A stretch of 64,000 nt of DNA from Fistulifera solaris (taxonomy: Eukaryota). How positions within the stretch are numbered: position 1 is the stretch's first letter; every line of letters starts with the position of its first letter. Positions 22,440-34,819 of this stretch are shown one piece after another. The DNA is taken from the NCBI GenBank assembly GCA_030295235.1, contig AP026136.1, forward strand, positions 992,001 through 1,056,000, in the 5' to 3' direction. The translations under genes were made by a program, and so were the position numbers. The notes below the pieces were generated by a model. The model searched no databases. It was not told the DNA's origin and saw nothing but the letters and a program-made list of their open reading frames with translations.

Positions 22440-24356
22440 TTACACTCTTTTAAAGTAATCATCGATCCTCGGTCGTTTCTTAGGCTTAACATGTCTCAGC
22501 TCGGATATTACATCAGGAGGCAGTTGCGATAAAATAAAGGGATCAATTTTATTGTAGTGAAACATAGAAGCCTGCTCGTGAATGGACATCTCTGTTGACG
22601 CCCCGTTCAACGCAACTCGTGGTGATCTGGACTTAGCCCTATTCGATTTCCCATGTTCGGTTTTTCTCAACGAACGTCGACAAGTTTGACTGACTTGGTT
22701 GCGTAAAACTAGTAGGCGAATCTTTTGGGCGAGCCGACAAGTCCTGGAAACCGGTCGTAGCAATGCTTGCTCTGGTGATGTCAATGGCATCGGACTTGAG
22801 CCCGAATGCATGTAGCAGTGGGAGTATTGCCATCCGTAAAAATGAAACTTGTTGAGCGGGATCTCGCAGTTGCATAAAGGCCAATCCATCAAATGAGCTT
22901 TGTTTGCTCCGAGTGACAAGGGGCGACGCTTCTCTGAAGCGAGTTTTTCGTCAACGGTCCGAAGGGTCAACCTTATTGTCGTGGGATAGGCAAAATTGGA
23001 TGAATGCGACCATTCACGTCGCTCCTGCAACAGTCTTGACAAGCGGCGATACAGTTCTTCCATTTCTGCGCAAAGTGCGTCTTTCCTCACCAACGTACCG
23101 CGACGAAAAGAATTCTCCACAGACACTGTTTTTGGTGCCCCGCCTTCGTCATCATGAATTTGACCATGATCAATGCCAATGCATCTGTGAAGAATGATAT
23201 CCGCCTGCACCTCACTTTGCAACGAAAGAGATGAGTTACCATAAATCGCGTCCATGCTGTCTCTTCTTAATCCCACTTACCACGAATGCTTAAAAACAGG
23301 AACTTGTTCAAGACAAGAAACGATGTTTTGTTTCGGTACCGACAAAGATCCCTAGCCATCGCGCACCAGAGAGGTGAGACACGATTGCGCAGATGCAGCC
23401 CGTCCACCAAACGAAGCAAAGTACTTACTGACAAGTCCAGAAACTTGGTTGCGATGAGACGGCATTCTTTTCTAGACAATGTTGAAGAGCTTTCACAGTT
23501 GTCCTACCCACCCCCGGAATCATGCGAAGTGGCATGGAAGCTAGCAGGGATTGACTCCTCCAGGAAAAAGAACATTCACAGTCGCTGGTTTCTTTAACCC
23601 ACTGGCAATCTTCGCTAACAGAGGATTCACAGACACACCCATAGTGGTCGTGAAGCCTGTACTTTGCAATATCTCTTGGCGAATTTCAAGAGCGATGTGG
23701 GAAGCTCGTTGTAGCCTTTCCGAACATGACCGTTCCAACGCACTGAGGGATCGCGCTTGAAACTCTTGGACAATTTTACTGCACGCCCCGGTTTGATCTT
23801 CTCTTAATGTGATTGATTCTTTATCGTTCTCGCCATAGATATAAACAGTGCCTTTCGAGTGATTGACACGATCGTCGCCATCAATCCTGATAGCCACAGA
23901 TAGATCTGCCATCATTTCGTCCATCGATCCTCTTCGCACCGCAATATCCGGATGAACGCGTTTGCACGCGGCTCGGAACGTCTGATAAATTTTCCGAGCA
24001 TGAATGCGGTAACGCTCCAAGTCACTGCCTTCAATAATCAAAAGCTGCGGACAAGCTTCGTACGCTGCGGTTCGGCTTTGCAATTTCTTCACCCCCATGG
24101 CGCGCGCTACATAATTACAAGTGACAATGATATGTTTCTGACCAATGGCAAACGGTTTGTCTTTTGGTATTTGACGATCTTGGATCTCACATTGACAGTA
24201 GAAGCAATCGACGTCGACATGCAGAATGCAGCGATGGTCGGAAGCAAGTCCTTCAGTAGATGCTGATTCATGGTCGTCGTCGCTTTCACTACTGGATTCA
24301 CCGTCGTCGGTGTCACGTACACTATTGTCGGATGATAAATCATAGTAATCCGGCAT
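22440..24356 (-). CDS. Y-family translesion DNA polymerase, Pol iota-like (several frameshifts as assembled)
   Basis: HVDVDCFYCQCE, QKHIIVTCNYVAR..GVKK, GSMDE, LLAKIAS..KP, HhH MPLRMIPGVG (after a shift near 23560), PTTIRLTLR, C-terminal UBM-like IDPFILSQLPPDV and IDDYF. Confidence 0.85.
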
Positions 24357-24851
24357 GTTTTGTGCGACGTAGTTTAGTAACAAATCAATAAAGGGAGAGC
24401 GAGTGTTGCTTGTAAGCGAAGAACGACAGATGAGAGATGCGAGCCTGGAATCGATCTGGCCCGTAAAAAAGTGCTAATGCGTCGGACAGGCGGTAGGCGC
24501 ACCTTTTTCGCGCATCCGCCAATGCCCGAAAACGTACTTATGCCCTTTGATGCGACAGGAACTTGTTTCCTAAACAAATTCAAGTTTACAGTTCTTGCCA
24601 ATTATCTGCTTACTACTACAAAAATGTAATCCTGACTTTGATAATTTTAAATACGCGGAGTCGTCTGATGGTACAGTATTCTTTAGAGCCACGAGGAGGG
24701 CAATATTCTTGAACGGAAACGATTACCTGGTACCAGTACCTACCAATTTTTGGGAACGACGAGATTTGAGATTTTCGCCTTGCATCGCATCGTGCAATGG
24801 CGGAAATAATGATGCCGCGATCCTCTCTCCTTCATTATATTCAGGACCGAA

Positions 24852-25840
24852 ATGAAACTAACAACAATAGCATTCTTTGCTTTCTTATCCTTGTGTGTCG
24901 TTTCAGCAAGGAGTTTCTCGGGATTTTTCGATTCGGAATTTCGGAAAACGCTTCCATGTTTTGAGCCCGACATCGAGCCCTCAACAGCGCCTTCAGGAGC
25001 GCCTTCTGAAACACCCACACAATCACCGGTCGATCCAGCCGAAACATTGGTTATTTATGCGACAGGAGATGTTCCCTACAGTGCCGTTGAAGCGGTGGGA
25101 CTTACGGGGCAAATGCAAGCCGTTCCCAGTGATGCCGAACTCGTGCTACATGTTGGAGACATTCGTCGTTCGACCACCACCCCGTGTCTAGCCAGTGAGT
25201 ACGAAGCCGTCCAGGGCATTCTTAATCAATCCACGGCACCGCTCTTGGTGATAGTAGGTGACAATGAATGGAACGATTGCTCGAATACGGATGAAGCTTA
25301 TTCATTCTTTCATCATTATTTTGCCCGATTCGAAAAGCAATGGTCATCACTCGAAGCGCTCGTTGTTCGGGATCCAGTGTATCCCGAGGTCTTTTCTTTC
25401 GTGCAAGAAGGTGTTCTCATTATAGGATTGAATTTGGTGGGAGGACGAGTGCACAACTCCACGGAATGGCAGAATCGATTGACGTATCAATCGAATCAAG
25501 TGCAGCAACGCATATTGAGCTATTGGGCCGAAACGGGGGAAACCGCTAAGGTGATTGTTACGGGTCACGCCGATCCTCGTGCGCGACATTCTGATTTCTT
25601 CACACCCTTTCAAAATTTCATTGCCAATACACTAAACAATCAAGTCCCGATCATGTATTTGAATGGAGATTCTCATATCTACAAGTACGAACCAAACTTT
25701 TGAATCAGTCCAGTTTGTTGCGTGTCATGGTGAGAGGAGGAACGGTGGAAGCGCCGATTCGGATCCAAGTGAATTTAAAGGTCAATGTAACGGATCCCAC
25801 CGTGGCATTCACGGTTCTTCGCAATGCTTATGTGTGGTGA
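24852..25840 (+). CDS. Secreted calcineurin-like metallophosphoesterase
   Basis: Signal peptide, PS.APS linker, GDVPY, HVGDI, GDNEWNDC, GHA, NGDSH. Adding a T at about 25700 extends the frame to TGA 25838-25840. Confidence 0.8.
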
Positions 25841-26084
25841 GAGAGTGACGCCCCATGATTTTTGAATGATTGTAAATGATATTTTATGTGTGTGATAGAA
25901 TGATAAATGCTCTATAGATTCTAGAGAGAGACAAACGACAAGGTGTCATTATTATTTCGGTTGTGATGACATAGCACTTCAACCCGAACCCTGTCTGCGC
26001 CGTGGTCGACGACACAAAAATTTAGGTGAGATTTTCTACTACGTTTTATTTATAGTTTAACAACAGACCGTGTAACATTTCATA

Positions 26085-27386
26085 ATGATGCTCCAACATG
26101 CGGAGCAGGAAGCTTGGATTGATATCACTTGTTCGCTTACTCTTATTACTGACAGTGCTGGTGACGATTACACTAAACTGGTGTTTTTACAGCGCAAAGG
26201 TCATTGCAAAAACGATGAGCTCGAACACAACCGTATTATAGCGCACACCGAATCATCATCGACGACGACCTTGCCCGTCTGGATGCAAGATTACATGAAC
26301 TGGCATGCTCTACAATCTCCTGACGATTCATCGGTCGACTACTTGGTCGTTCGCTGTCTCAATCAAGACACGCATTGTGGAGGGACAGCCGATCGATTGA
26401 TGCCACTCCCGTTATTTGTCATGATGGCAGCACGTATGAAGCGTGTTCTCTTGTTTCATTGGGAACGCCCGTGTCCATTAGAAGAGTTTCTACTTCCATC
26501 GACCGATGTCGATTGGAGAATTCCTAAAAATCATGAGTTGTTCCAGTCACTCGATTGGATGTCCACCGTCCGGATCAGTCATCAGCTAAACGTGTTGCAA
26601 ATTCTCGATCCGGAGTTCGAACCACCCACGCGCCGTCGGAGTAAGCCCTTACCGGCGGTCTTACCGCGCGTGGTGACAACGGCGTATCAATCGCAGTTGC
26701 ATGGTGCTGATTTGTACGACCAATTTCGAAATCGAACCGATTCATTTCAACGGAAGGATGCCTCGGGTGGAAGCACTGACTCGCATCCAAATGAACCTTC
26801 GTTCGAACAAGTCTATTCAGCGTTATGGAAAACATTCTTTCAACCATCACCGAGAGTACAGAACAAAATCGATGCGGCGTTGCTTGACATGCAGTTAGTG
26901 CCCAACGACTACGTGGCAGCACACATTCGGGCCTTGTATCAACAAGAGGCCGGACCCAAGAAAACAGCGTTTGTGGCGCGCAATGCCATGCATTGTGCAA
27001 GTCAATTTCTGTCGTATGAGGGACAGCCTATTTACGTCGTTTCCGACAGTGTCAATAGTACCAAAATGGCCATGCAGTACGTTCACCAACAGCACTCCGA
27101 CGAGGCGGTGGTGGTGGTGACCCGACCGGTGACTTCGGTCTTGCATTTAGACCGCGGGACGGCCTTTTTAGAGAAAGATGCCGATCAATGGACAAACAAT
27201 GAATTTTGTGCGGATTACGATGATACCTTTGTCGATCTGTATTTGCTGATTCTAGCCAAGTGCCGCACGGTTCACTTGGGATCTTTCGCCAAATGGGCAC
27301 ACTTGATACATGGTGGGAACTGCATCAATAGTCATTTTCAGAAACAGTGTCGTTGGAAAAAAGTACTTGATTCGAAACCGGGATGA
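26085..27386 (+). CDS. Putative fucosyltransferase-like glycosyltransferase (GT-B type), function uncertain
   Basis: 433-aa ORF with CGGTADRL, YVAAHIR, IYVVSD, DLYLL and GSF motifs, reminiscent of alpha-1,2/1,6/O-fucosyltransferase motifs I-III. Confidence 0.5.
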   Translation: MMLQHAEQEAWIDITCSLTLITDSAGDDYTKLVFLQRKGHCKNDELEHNRIIAHTESSSTTTLPVWMQDYMNWHALQSPDDSSVDYLVVRCLNQDTHCGGTADRLMPLPLFVMMAARMKRVLLFHWERPCPLEEFLLPSTDVDWRIPKNHELFQSLDWMSTVRISHQLNVLQILDPEFEPPTRRRSKPLPAVLPRVVTTAYQSQLHGADLYDQFRNRTDSFQRKDASGGSTDSHPNEPSFEQVYSALWKTFFQPSPRVQNKIDAALLDMQLVPNDYVAAHIRALYQQEAGPKKTAFVARNAMHCASQFLSYEGQPIYVVSDSVNSTKMAMQYVHQQHSDEAVVVVTRPVTSVLHLDRGTAFLEKDADQWTNNEFCADYDDTFVDLYLLILAKCRTVHLGSFAKWAHLIHGGNCINSHFQKQCRWKKVLDSKPG

Positions 27387-27609
27387 AGTAAGAGAAGGAA
27401 TGAAAGTACGTTTTTCTGCTTTTCTTAGACTGGTAATTAAGGTCATCCGACTCGAGGGTTCATTTACACTATAGACTACCGCTCGTCGACGGCACCCAGC
27501 TGTCATGCTAATAGCCGAAAGAAATCAACGACTTATACTGTTATTTCAAAGCTGGTCAACAATTATTGTTGTCAAGGAGAGTTGAAGTTAGATTGGTCAG
27601 CCGCTGTTT

Positions 27610-29100
27610 TTACGCCCTCAAACGGAAGCCCTTAAGCGGACAGTGAACCAACGCATTATCGAGATGATGCACTTGATACAAGCAGCCTTGAAGGAAAAGT
27701 CCCAGAATATCCGCCATGAGTATGCCTATTCCCTCTGCAACAGAAGTTGTCGCGAGAGCCATTTCCGTCAGAAACGTTCCTTGAAAATCGACAAGAATTC
27801 GTTTGTACCCATGGACATAAACGGCACCACCCAAGATACCCGTCCAAATACTCGTAATGTACAACAGCGGTTGACTGTAAAGCCAGGATGTTTGGGGTGA
27901 CTGAAGAGCGGTTACGGAGAAAAACAACAAATTGAGAACTTGCAGAAAAGGTAGTACCCACAACGTGGTCGGAGAGAGCGTTAAAAATGTGCCGCTCGAG
28001 CGACTCACAAACACTCCTGCCTGATAAAGCCAGTTAGATGTTTGATAAAATTGGTTTCGTTTTGTAGCGTCTTCGATAGGAAAGCCCATTGCCGTCCACA
28101 CACCCGCTTGGCATGCGTACTCAGCAGCATAAACAAGAAATAGCGGAACTGTGTACGGCCACAAACTGAGAATAAAGTGGAATGGACGGATCGTCTCGAA
28201 TTCGTTTGTTTCAATCGGTTGTCTCGAATCGGATAGGTTGTCTGTGGCGCGCATCTCCTCAATTGAGATCCCCCTTGTGATCAGCGACGTTTGCGATGTC
28301 TGTATGCTTTCTCGTTCTGAGCACGCGCTAGATCTTTCGATTGCATCCGCTTCTAATAAATCATTAGTCAGTTCGATATCTTGCGAAAGAGCATACGAAG
28401 TAAGACGTTTTTCGTCATCAATATCCCCTAGCACAGTTATATAAATCAACCCGTACATTACAGCGAGAATCAGAGCCGCCAGGATCGTCCATGCAACGCC
28501 GAAATCGAGCCAATGTGTACCTGCAACAGTCCATAGATACCCAGTCAGACCAGCCGCACCTGTCCCAGACGACCATGCTGTCAAGCAACGCCCTTTCGCC
28601 CCTTGTGAATTGATGCATAGCGAATCACATTTCCCAGCGGCAGCAAGCAGTGTTGCTTCCCCCAGTCCGCATTGTAAAGACACCAAGGCAACTCCGACAA
28701 ATGGGAGATACGTTAATGAGTCGGAATTATGTGGATACTGTAGCCGTCTCTCGGAGTATCCTGTTATGAAAAATGCCATTGCCATGCACGCCGCCGCTAT
28801 CGATACTCTTGATTGATAAGTAACCCGATCAAACCAATACGGTGCACTTAGCTTGACCGAAATACCCGGAAGTATATTGGCTATATAAACAAGCCCCGTT
28901 CCGCCTTCCGACAAGGACTTGGCAGCAGCCAGCATAATTACGTACGATGTATTGTTCAAGAGTCCAAGACAAAAGAATGCTGCCGCACGTTTTCGGGCTT
29001 TCGTTTCGTCAGTTGGGCACGCCTCGAGGGTAATAGGGGGAACCGACGCATCTAGCGATAACGGTTCGTAACTAGCAGATTCACCAGAACTTGCGACCAT
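27610..29100 (-). CDS. CLN3: Battenin (CLN3/BTN1) lysosomal/vacuolar membrane protein
   Basis: FFCLGLLNN..YVIMLAAA, GLGE, WSSGTGAAG, PLFLVY.AEY, YQAGVFVSRSS, GILGGAVYV. Confidence 0.93.
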   Translation of the reverse strand: MVASSGESASYEPLSLDASVPPITLEACPTDETKARKRAAAFFCLGLLNNTSYVIMLAAAKSLSEGGTGLVYIANILPGISVKLSAPYWFDRVTYQSRVSIAAACMAMAFFITGYSERRLQYPHNSDSLTYLPFVGVALVSLQCGLGEATLLAAAGKCDSLCINSQGAKGRCLTAWSSGTGAAGLTGYLWTVAGTHWLDFGVAWTILAALILAVMYGLIYITVLGDIDDEKRLTSYALSQDIELTNDLLEADAIERSSACSERESIQTSQTSLITRGISIEEMRATDNLSDSRQPIETNEFETIRPFHFILSLWPYTVPLFLVYAAEYACQAGVWTAMGFPIEDATKRNQFYQTSNWLYQAGVFVSRSSGTFLTLSPTTLWVLPFLQVLNLLFFSVTALQSPQTSWLYSQPLLYITSIWTGILGGAVYVHGYKRILVDFQGTFLTEMALATTSVAEGIGILMADILGLFLQGCLYQVHHLDNALVHCPLKGFRLRA

Positions 29101-29701
29101 TTCGTTAAAAAATCCATTCGTATTAACCGGATGGACTTTTTATAATTGAAAGTATGGTAGTCTAAGAACTAGTAACACACAAAAGAAGAAGCGTTGTAAC
29201 ATGAATTCGAAAAACGATGTGGATGACGTCGTATAGCTTTGAAGTGTACATGGTGTAGGACTGGACTGTCAGGAGCTTGTTTGTTAGAATGAATGAATTT
29301 TAACAAACCAGGTAGACATTCGAAGAGTTGTGTTTTTGCTTTTTTCGGGCTTTGATGTTCCAAGTAATGTCAATTCTTGTTAAGAGGCTCTACAAATGTA
29401 TGTTGATGAATGTTTTGAGCTTCGAGGAGATTGCATCCATTTTTAGCAAACGTGTTCCTTAGCTGCCTGCTACACCGTAGCTGCCAGCTGCCGCGCGCAG
29501 CCACCATGTCATACCAGTACCAGTAGGAGGCCTACGAGATTTTCAAGTGAAACCTATGCTTTCTGATCAAGTTTTTGCATAAACTTAAAAATACCCATTA
29601 TTTCATAAACAACAGGGAAACCAAGTTTCAATCTTTATCTTTTAGAAAACTACGGACGAGAATACTCTCTTGCCGTAATCTTTACATTCGGACAACATGC
29701 T

Positions 29702-31785
29702 CTAGTTGCACCTTGCTTTTTGCTGTTCCTGATCCATTTCCTGTTTGTTCAAAGTTTTTGATGAAATGGACGTCATTAAATCTCTGCGAGAAGTGGCCTT
29801 GTGTTGAAATAGACTTGACATATGTTGCAAGCGTTTCGCGCCTTCAATATCCAGTGGATCAGATGCTTTCATCTTTTCGCCCCCGAGGCCACTCTTGATC
29901 AACATCGATCGTAGAAGGAAATAGTACTTGGCATATTCGCCAGCTGGTACCTTCACTTGATAGTCCAGTGTTGCAAGAAGAGCAATCTCGAGCTCATTGA
30001 CTCGTTGCAGACTGAACTCTACACCAGTTGGACACGTTTCGCTAAAGTCGACATTCCACATGGATAAGTCATCCCAAACCTTCGATGCGAGAACCATGCA
30101 GCTGAACAAAATGGACCTCCAGTTGCTTGTTCGGGGTCGAAGTTTGCCTTCCGTTGTCTTTATGAGTCGCTCAACGTATATTAGCGTAATGATCATGCAA
30201 TCTGGTTCCATTTTGGCAGCATAAAAAACATCTCGAAAGAACGTGGTGATCTCTTCCAAGGCAGGTGGAGGAGGTTTCACAACAAAAACAGGGGCGCTGA
30301 AACCTTTCTTTGAAGTCCTCTTGTGCTGTGATGGCTTTTGTTGCGATTCCAAATCATTAAAAATACGATAATCATGACCATCTTTATCGCAGTCTTTTTC
30401 AGAATTCAAAATATGAGCCCGATAGACGCCGCAAATGCATTTTAACGTTGCATCTGAATCAGGCGTCGACATTGTCGACCCAACGTACTGAAGTAATCAC
30501 AACACAGTTTCTTAGACGAACGGCAAATTCATGACCAGTAAATTTGAAAGAGGACGTACCAAATTCCCACAAGTGTTTCGCCTCTCAAACGATGGTTTCG
30601 ACAAGAGATTTTTGTAAGAGGATTGATGTTTATATATTCCCTTCAAACGCATGGAGTTCCCTAGCCTCAACAGATCATTTCCTTTTTCAGCATCATGCCA
30701 CGGTGTTCCTCCTCCTAGCGTTGTCACACCTTCTTGGGTTGCTTCGCCATCCTTTTCTTCTGTTTCTGTAACACTTTCATTCTCGCTCTGTGATCCCTCA
30801 TGTATATCCCTGAGAAGCATCATTTCTCTATTACTCGTTAAGTCTGCATCGAAATCATGCACTCCCTCATTGCCAATTTTCGCCATTTCCTCGGAAACCA
30901 TAGCCAGTTCCTCCAGCGCTTTAGTTTCTTCAAAAGTAAGCCTGAAACTAAGCTTCGATTCGTCAAAAGAAGATGCTCCATAGAGGGAGCGCATACTTTT
31001 GACACCTTCTTTGGCAATTGTTGGAGCAAAGTTCCCAAGCTAGCTTCTCGATTAAGCGTGTGCCTTTCACTTTTTTCGTCGTCACCGTGGTCTTCAATGT
31101 CCAGATCATCGAAATCACGAAGATCCAACTGCATGGCACTGCCATTCAGAGAGTCGAATTCGTCAATTGCATTCAAGGAGCCTTTACTAGACAGTTTCGC
31201 ATCCATTAGGAGCGACCGCGTGCTACGCTTCGTCGCCTCCAACAAGGAAAGACCAGGAACTACGGTAATATTCTTCGCCACTGGTTCCATTGTAGGGAGA
31301 TCTTGCGACGAGGGAAGTTTGCGGGTCGTGGTAGGTGTCTTTTCAGCATCTTGTGGTCGAAACACAATCTCTTTGGTGTCGTCGTGTGGTTCGGCAGATC
31401 GAAAAACGTTGCGCGTCGAAGGTACGCGGCACACCAAGTCAACCAAAACAGAATCTTCCATGGAGCTTATAGTGCGAATCATCTGTGATCTGCGAGAATT
31501 ATCCTTGGGTGGGCGACTTCCGGGGTTGTGTCGAAGAGTAGGCACGACTATCTCTTGATTCGTCTGGGCAAAGTTCCCCACCGCAATCGAGTTCATAATA
31601 TTGGCTTCCATCGCCGCGAAAAATTCCCTTTGTTGCCGTTCCTTCTCTTCAATTACCTTTTTCTCTTCATCAGTTGCCAGCTCCAACGGTTTACTCCATT
31701 GAGTCTCTCTAGTTTCAGTGTGGTATTAGTAAGTTCGGCCGCTGACAGGGTCTTCGGCCGATTGCCAAAGTGACTCTTTTTTCAT
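29702..31785 (-). CDS. Cyclin Y-like protein with N-terminal WW domain (in-frame TAA and frameshift as assembled)
   Basis: ATG 31785, then WQSAEDPVSGRTY*YHTETRETQWSKP. A-run indel near 31000. Intron 30488-30559 gives RRNTCGNL|YVGSTMSTPD. Cyclin-Y box: IITLIYVERL, NWR, LASKVWDDLSMWNVDF, NELE, YAKYYF.LR. Confidence 0.82.
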
Positions 31786-32079
31786 GTTGACAAAGAAAGG
31801 TGTTACTTCGTGAAACGCGAGCCTTTCTTCGTTCGGAGTCCCTCACTCGTCAAAGCAACAACGATTGAACGATTCAGGAAAACGACGACTCTATATTCGT
31901 TGATCTGACGATGATTGAACTATTAAATGAACGTTGAGAAAAAGGACGAAAATGGGAGATGGAGCGCTTTTCCTTCTCTGCTCTCGTCTCTTGTCTCTTC
32001 ACTCCACGATCCATTTCTTATTCACGGTCAGTCTTGTCGCAGAACTGTTAGTCAGAAAAGAACTCCGATGATGATGATT

Positions 32080-32112
32080 CAGTACCGGTACTGTACCTGG
32101 TACAGGTACAGT
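32080..32112. promoter_or_regulatory. GTAC-rich palindromic element between divergent genes (function inferred)
   Basis: CAGTACCGGTACTG palindrome (32080-32093) overlaps a 10-bp stem ACTGTACCTG/CAGGTACAGT (32090-32112). It lies between the cyclin Y-like and DUF1769-like starts. Confidence 0.35.
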
Positions 32113-32521
32113 CGACAACTTTCTACTACGTACACGGGAACGCACCTCTGCGTGGTACACTCACTCTAGAATGTCTGTCGGACCGATGTGCAAGGGAAAT
32201 ATTTGTGATTACCGTAGAGACAATAATCAAGAAGTGATTGACACTATCGGTAATCAGTACATTTGTATAAAGCAAAAATTTAGTTCGAGGGACTCACTTC
32301 TCTCCCGTTGCAGTTTTTTTGTACGTTGGGAGTTGGGAGAGGTCGGGGCATGACTGTTTTTATTGCAAAACTGCTCCGTGTCGCTTTGTGTTTTCTTCTT
32401 CGTGATTCGGAAGAGAAGATTATAAAAGCAACGAAATATCACAAGAGAGAAGGGGTTCCATCTTTGCTTTTTTGCTTAGAAGGGAGATTCACGCTTTGCG
32501 AGAGATATCAGCTACAGCATA

Positions 32522-33552
32522 ATGGAACAAGTCACCGAGGGGTTCGCGAACTCCGTATCGATTGCGGATGTTGTTGATGCCCAGCTGGGTCAACACCCCG
32601 CGCTAGACACGATGTGTGTCATGAATTGTCAGACAAAGCAACGTATTATACCGAATTCGTCCGTTTCGATCTTAGATAATGAAGCATTCACCGGGCAGGT
32701 AATGCTGCTCGTCCGTACCCCGGACGTTGACGATCCTCTAGATGGTACCATTCTCAGTGAAACACCGGCTCGTATCAGCAAATTTTTTAGTGATAAGAAA
32801 CGAAGATTTGAATTTCAATTTCAGATCAAGTTGAAAAAGGTACCAGAGGGTCCTCTTTTTCTCGGCTGTGAGCTAGAGCATCAAATCAAATGCGGAACCA
32901 TCACCAAAGCAATGGAGAATCTCTTATTGACCATGGTTCGTAGAATTAACCCAGGATTTCACTACTCCTGGGGACCGGAGCCGAGTAAGAAGGATTACGC
33001 CTCGGGTACCTACGAGAAGACGCATCTCAGCTTCCCGGTCGAAGCCAGTATGGATCGCATTATCGTCTCAAAACCGGGGGAAACGCCACCCGAACTCGGA
33101 TACGAATTGTTCGAGTCCAACGAATCAGTCAAACGCCGCCGAAAAATGGGCGCCGGAAGTGTCGTTTGAATTTAGAAGACACATACACCATGTGTCTCTG
33201 GAGTGCTTACTGCGATTGGATTTTGTGGAAGTCACTCAACGTACCTGGCATGGCACCCTTTTCGTTGTGCCGTGTGACGGGTCAGCAGCCGATCTACTTG
33301 TCCGTCTACGAAGTGACGGGGACAACTCCAGCGGAGTATAGGAAGAAACGACCTCCGCATTACCGAAAAAATCTGAATGTCTACACGCGGTTGGAATTTA
33401 GTAACCAGGATCATACGTCCGGGGGATTGGCTGAGACAGTATTGCGTCGATCGAAAGTCATTGCCGGCTTGGAACAGCAATCCTTGCCTGACACGGATTC
33501 CGTGGACTCGGATTTCGAAACGGCATCGCGGATCAGTCACATTACGTCGTAA
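32522..33552 (+). CDS. DUF1769-like conserved hypothetical protein
   Basis: NEAFTG, F..KKRRFEFQFQ, LFLG.E, MDRIIVSKPGETPP.LG, TYTM..WS...DW..W. Two ORFs join with one extra G at about 33168 (GTT TGG AAT). Confidence 0.65.
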
Positions 33553-33764
33553 AATGGTGCCCTGCAAAGTGCATCTTTTGTGAAACTGTTAAAAATAATA
33601 ATGATATCAAATGCAACTTAAATTGAAGAGAAACGTTATGTTTTGCTAATATTGAGCTATTTAATGGCCGTAGATAGTTTTTAGCATTTAGACATATACA
33701 ACTTCAGCCTATCACTTATCACATTTCTTTCAAGACGTAGTCCTCACTAGTTTGTACAACTGAG

Positions 33765-34819
33765 TCAAGATGTAGTCTCCGGTTCCTTCCGTAGCCGCTT
33801 GGGAACATATTTCTCTTTCTTCGATTGTTTGCCTTGCAATACTTGCTCAGCCCAGGCCAACTCGTCCGCCGTCAAATCTCTCACCTTCCCTTCGGGCAAG
33901 TCTCCCAATTGTATCCTGCCCAAACGTTCTCGTCGGAGATCAACCACTTCATGACCACAGTTGGCTAGAATTCGGCGTACCATACGATATTTTCCCTCCT
34001 GCACCGTCAATCGCACCGTTGAGAGCTCATTCGCCTCAAAGATCCGCCAATGGCCTTTTTCTTGCAAATCGGTCTGATTGTAATGCGACGGAACGGCTCC
34101 TTGTACCTGCTCTAAATAAGGACGGACGGTATCCGTATCCCAGTGTTGAACATCCAACAAGACGGCCGTGTGCACTCCTTCCGATGTTGCGACGCCATCT
34201 TGGAGCTGTTGACGCAGTCGTTCGGTATCGACCACACCCGTCACGACGGCGACATATTCTTTTCAATTTCGTGCTTGGGATGCAGCAACTGTTGTGTCAA
34301 TGTTCCTGCACTACTGAACAATAGTAATCCTGATGTATCGTAATCCAGTCGACCGACCGGATGAAGATTGGGACAAATATGGGCAATACAGGGACGTTGC
34401 AGTGGGTCGCTTCGGACGGACAGCATCCATTTCGGTTTGCAATAGACCTGCGCGAGAGGCGGTGGCAACGGAATTTCGTGTGTTCGATCAATAAAGAGGG
34501 ATGCTTGCATGGGAATTTGTTCGGCGGGTCCTTTTACGACCTGAAAGTTGCCTTCATCGTCTAGTTTTTGCCATACGCGTTTTTCTTTCAGGAGTTGAAA
34601 ACACTGCGAGCGACTTTGTCCAGTTCGATTGGCTAGAACTCGGTCCGCACGAAAATAATTTCGGGCAGCGAGTGCGGTCGATACATACAGGGCCTTTGGC
34701 ATTTGGAGGAAAGCTCGCGTCGAGGAAAGACGATGATTCGAAAAGAGGGAAAGTACAAGCATGTTATGAAGTAGGGAAAGAATGACATAAGAATAAGAAT
34801 GACTCCAGCTTTTCCTCAT
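33765..34819 (-). CDS. RsuA/RluB-family rRNA pseudouridine synthase, probably organellar
   Basis: S4-like RADRVLA..SRS, KP, LHPVGRLDYDTSGLLL, EGKYRMVRR, L.RER.G.I.L..L.EG. One missing A near 34260. Start codon uncertain (34819 or 34762). Confidence 0.9.

Noticed and set aside
24506..24513. E2F-like TTTCGCGC upstream of the polymerase (also 48241-48248 and 56072-56079)
   Set aside because: About two hits of a given 8-mer are expected by chance in 64 kb on both strands, so it is not supportable alone.
7100..33170. Programmed ribosomal frameshifting at AAA-TAA, AAA-TAG or TTT-TGA sites (7105, 20450, 25700, 33167), reminiscent of Euplotes
   Set aside because: These sites need -1 rather than +1 shifts, other breaks need the opposite direction or have no adjacent stop, and almost all sit in homopolymers. 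Sequencing error is simpler.
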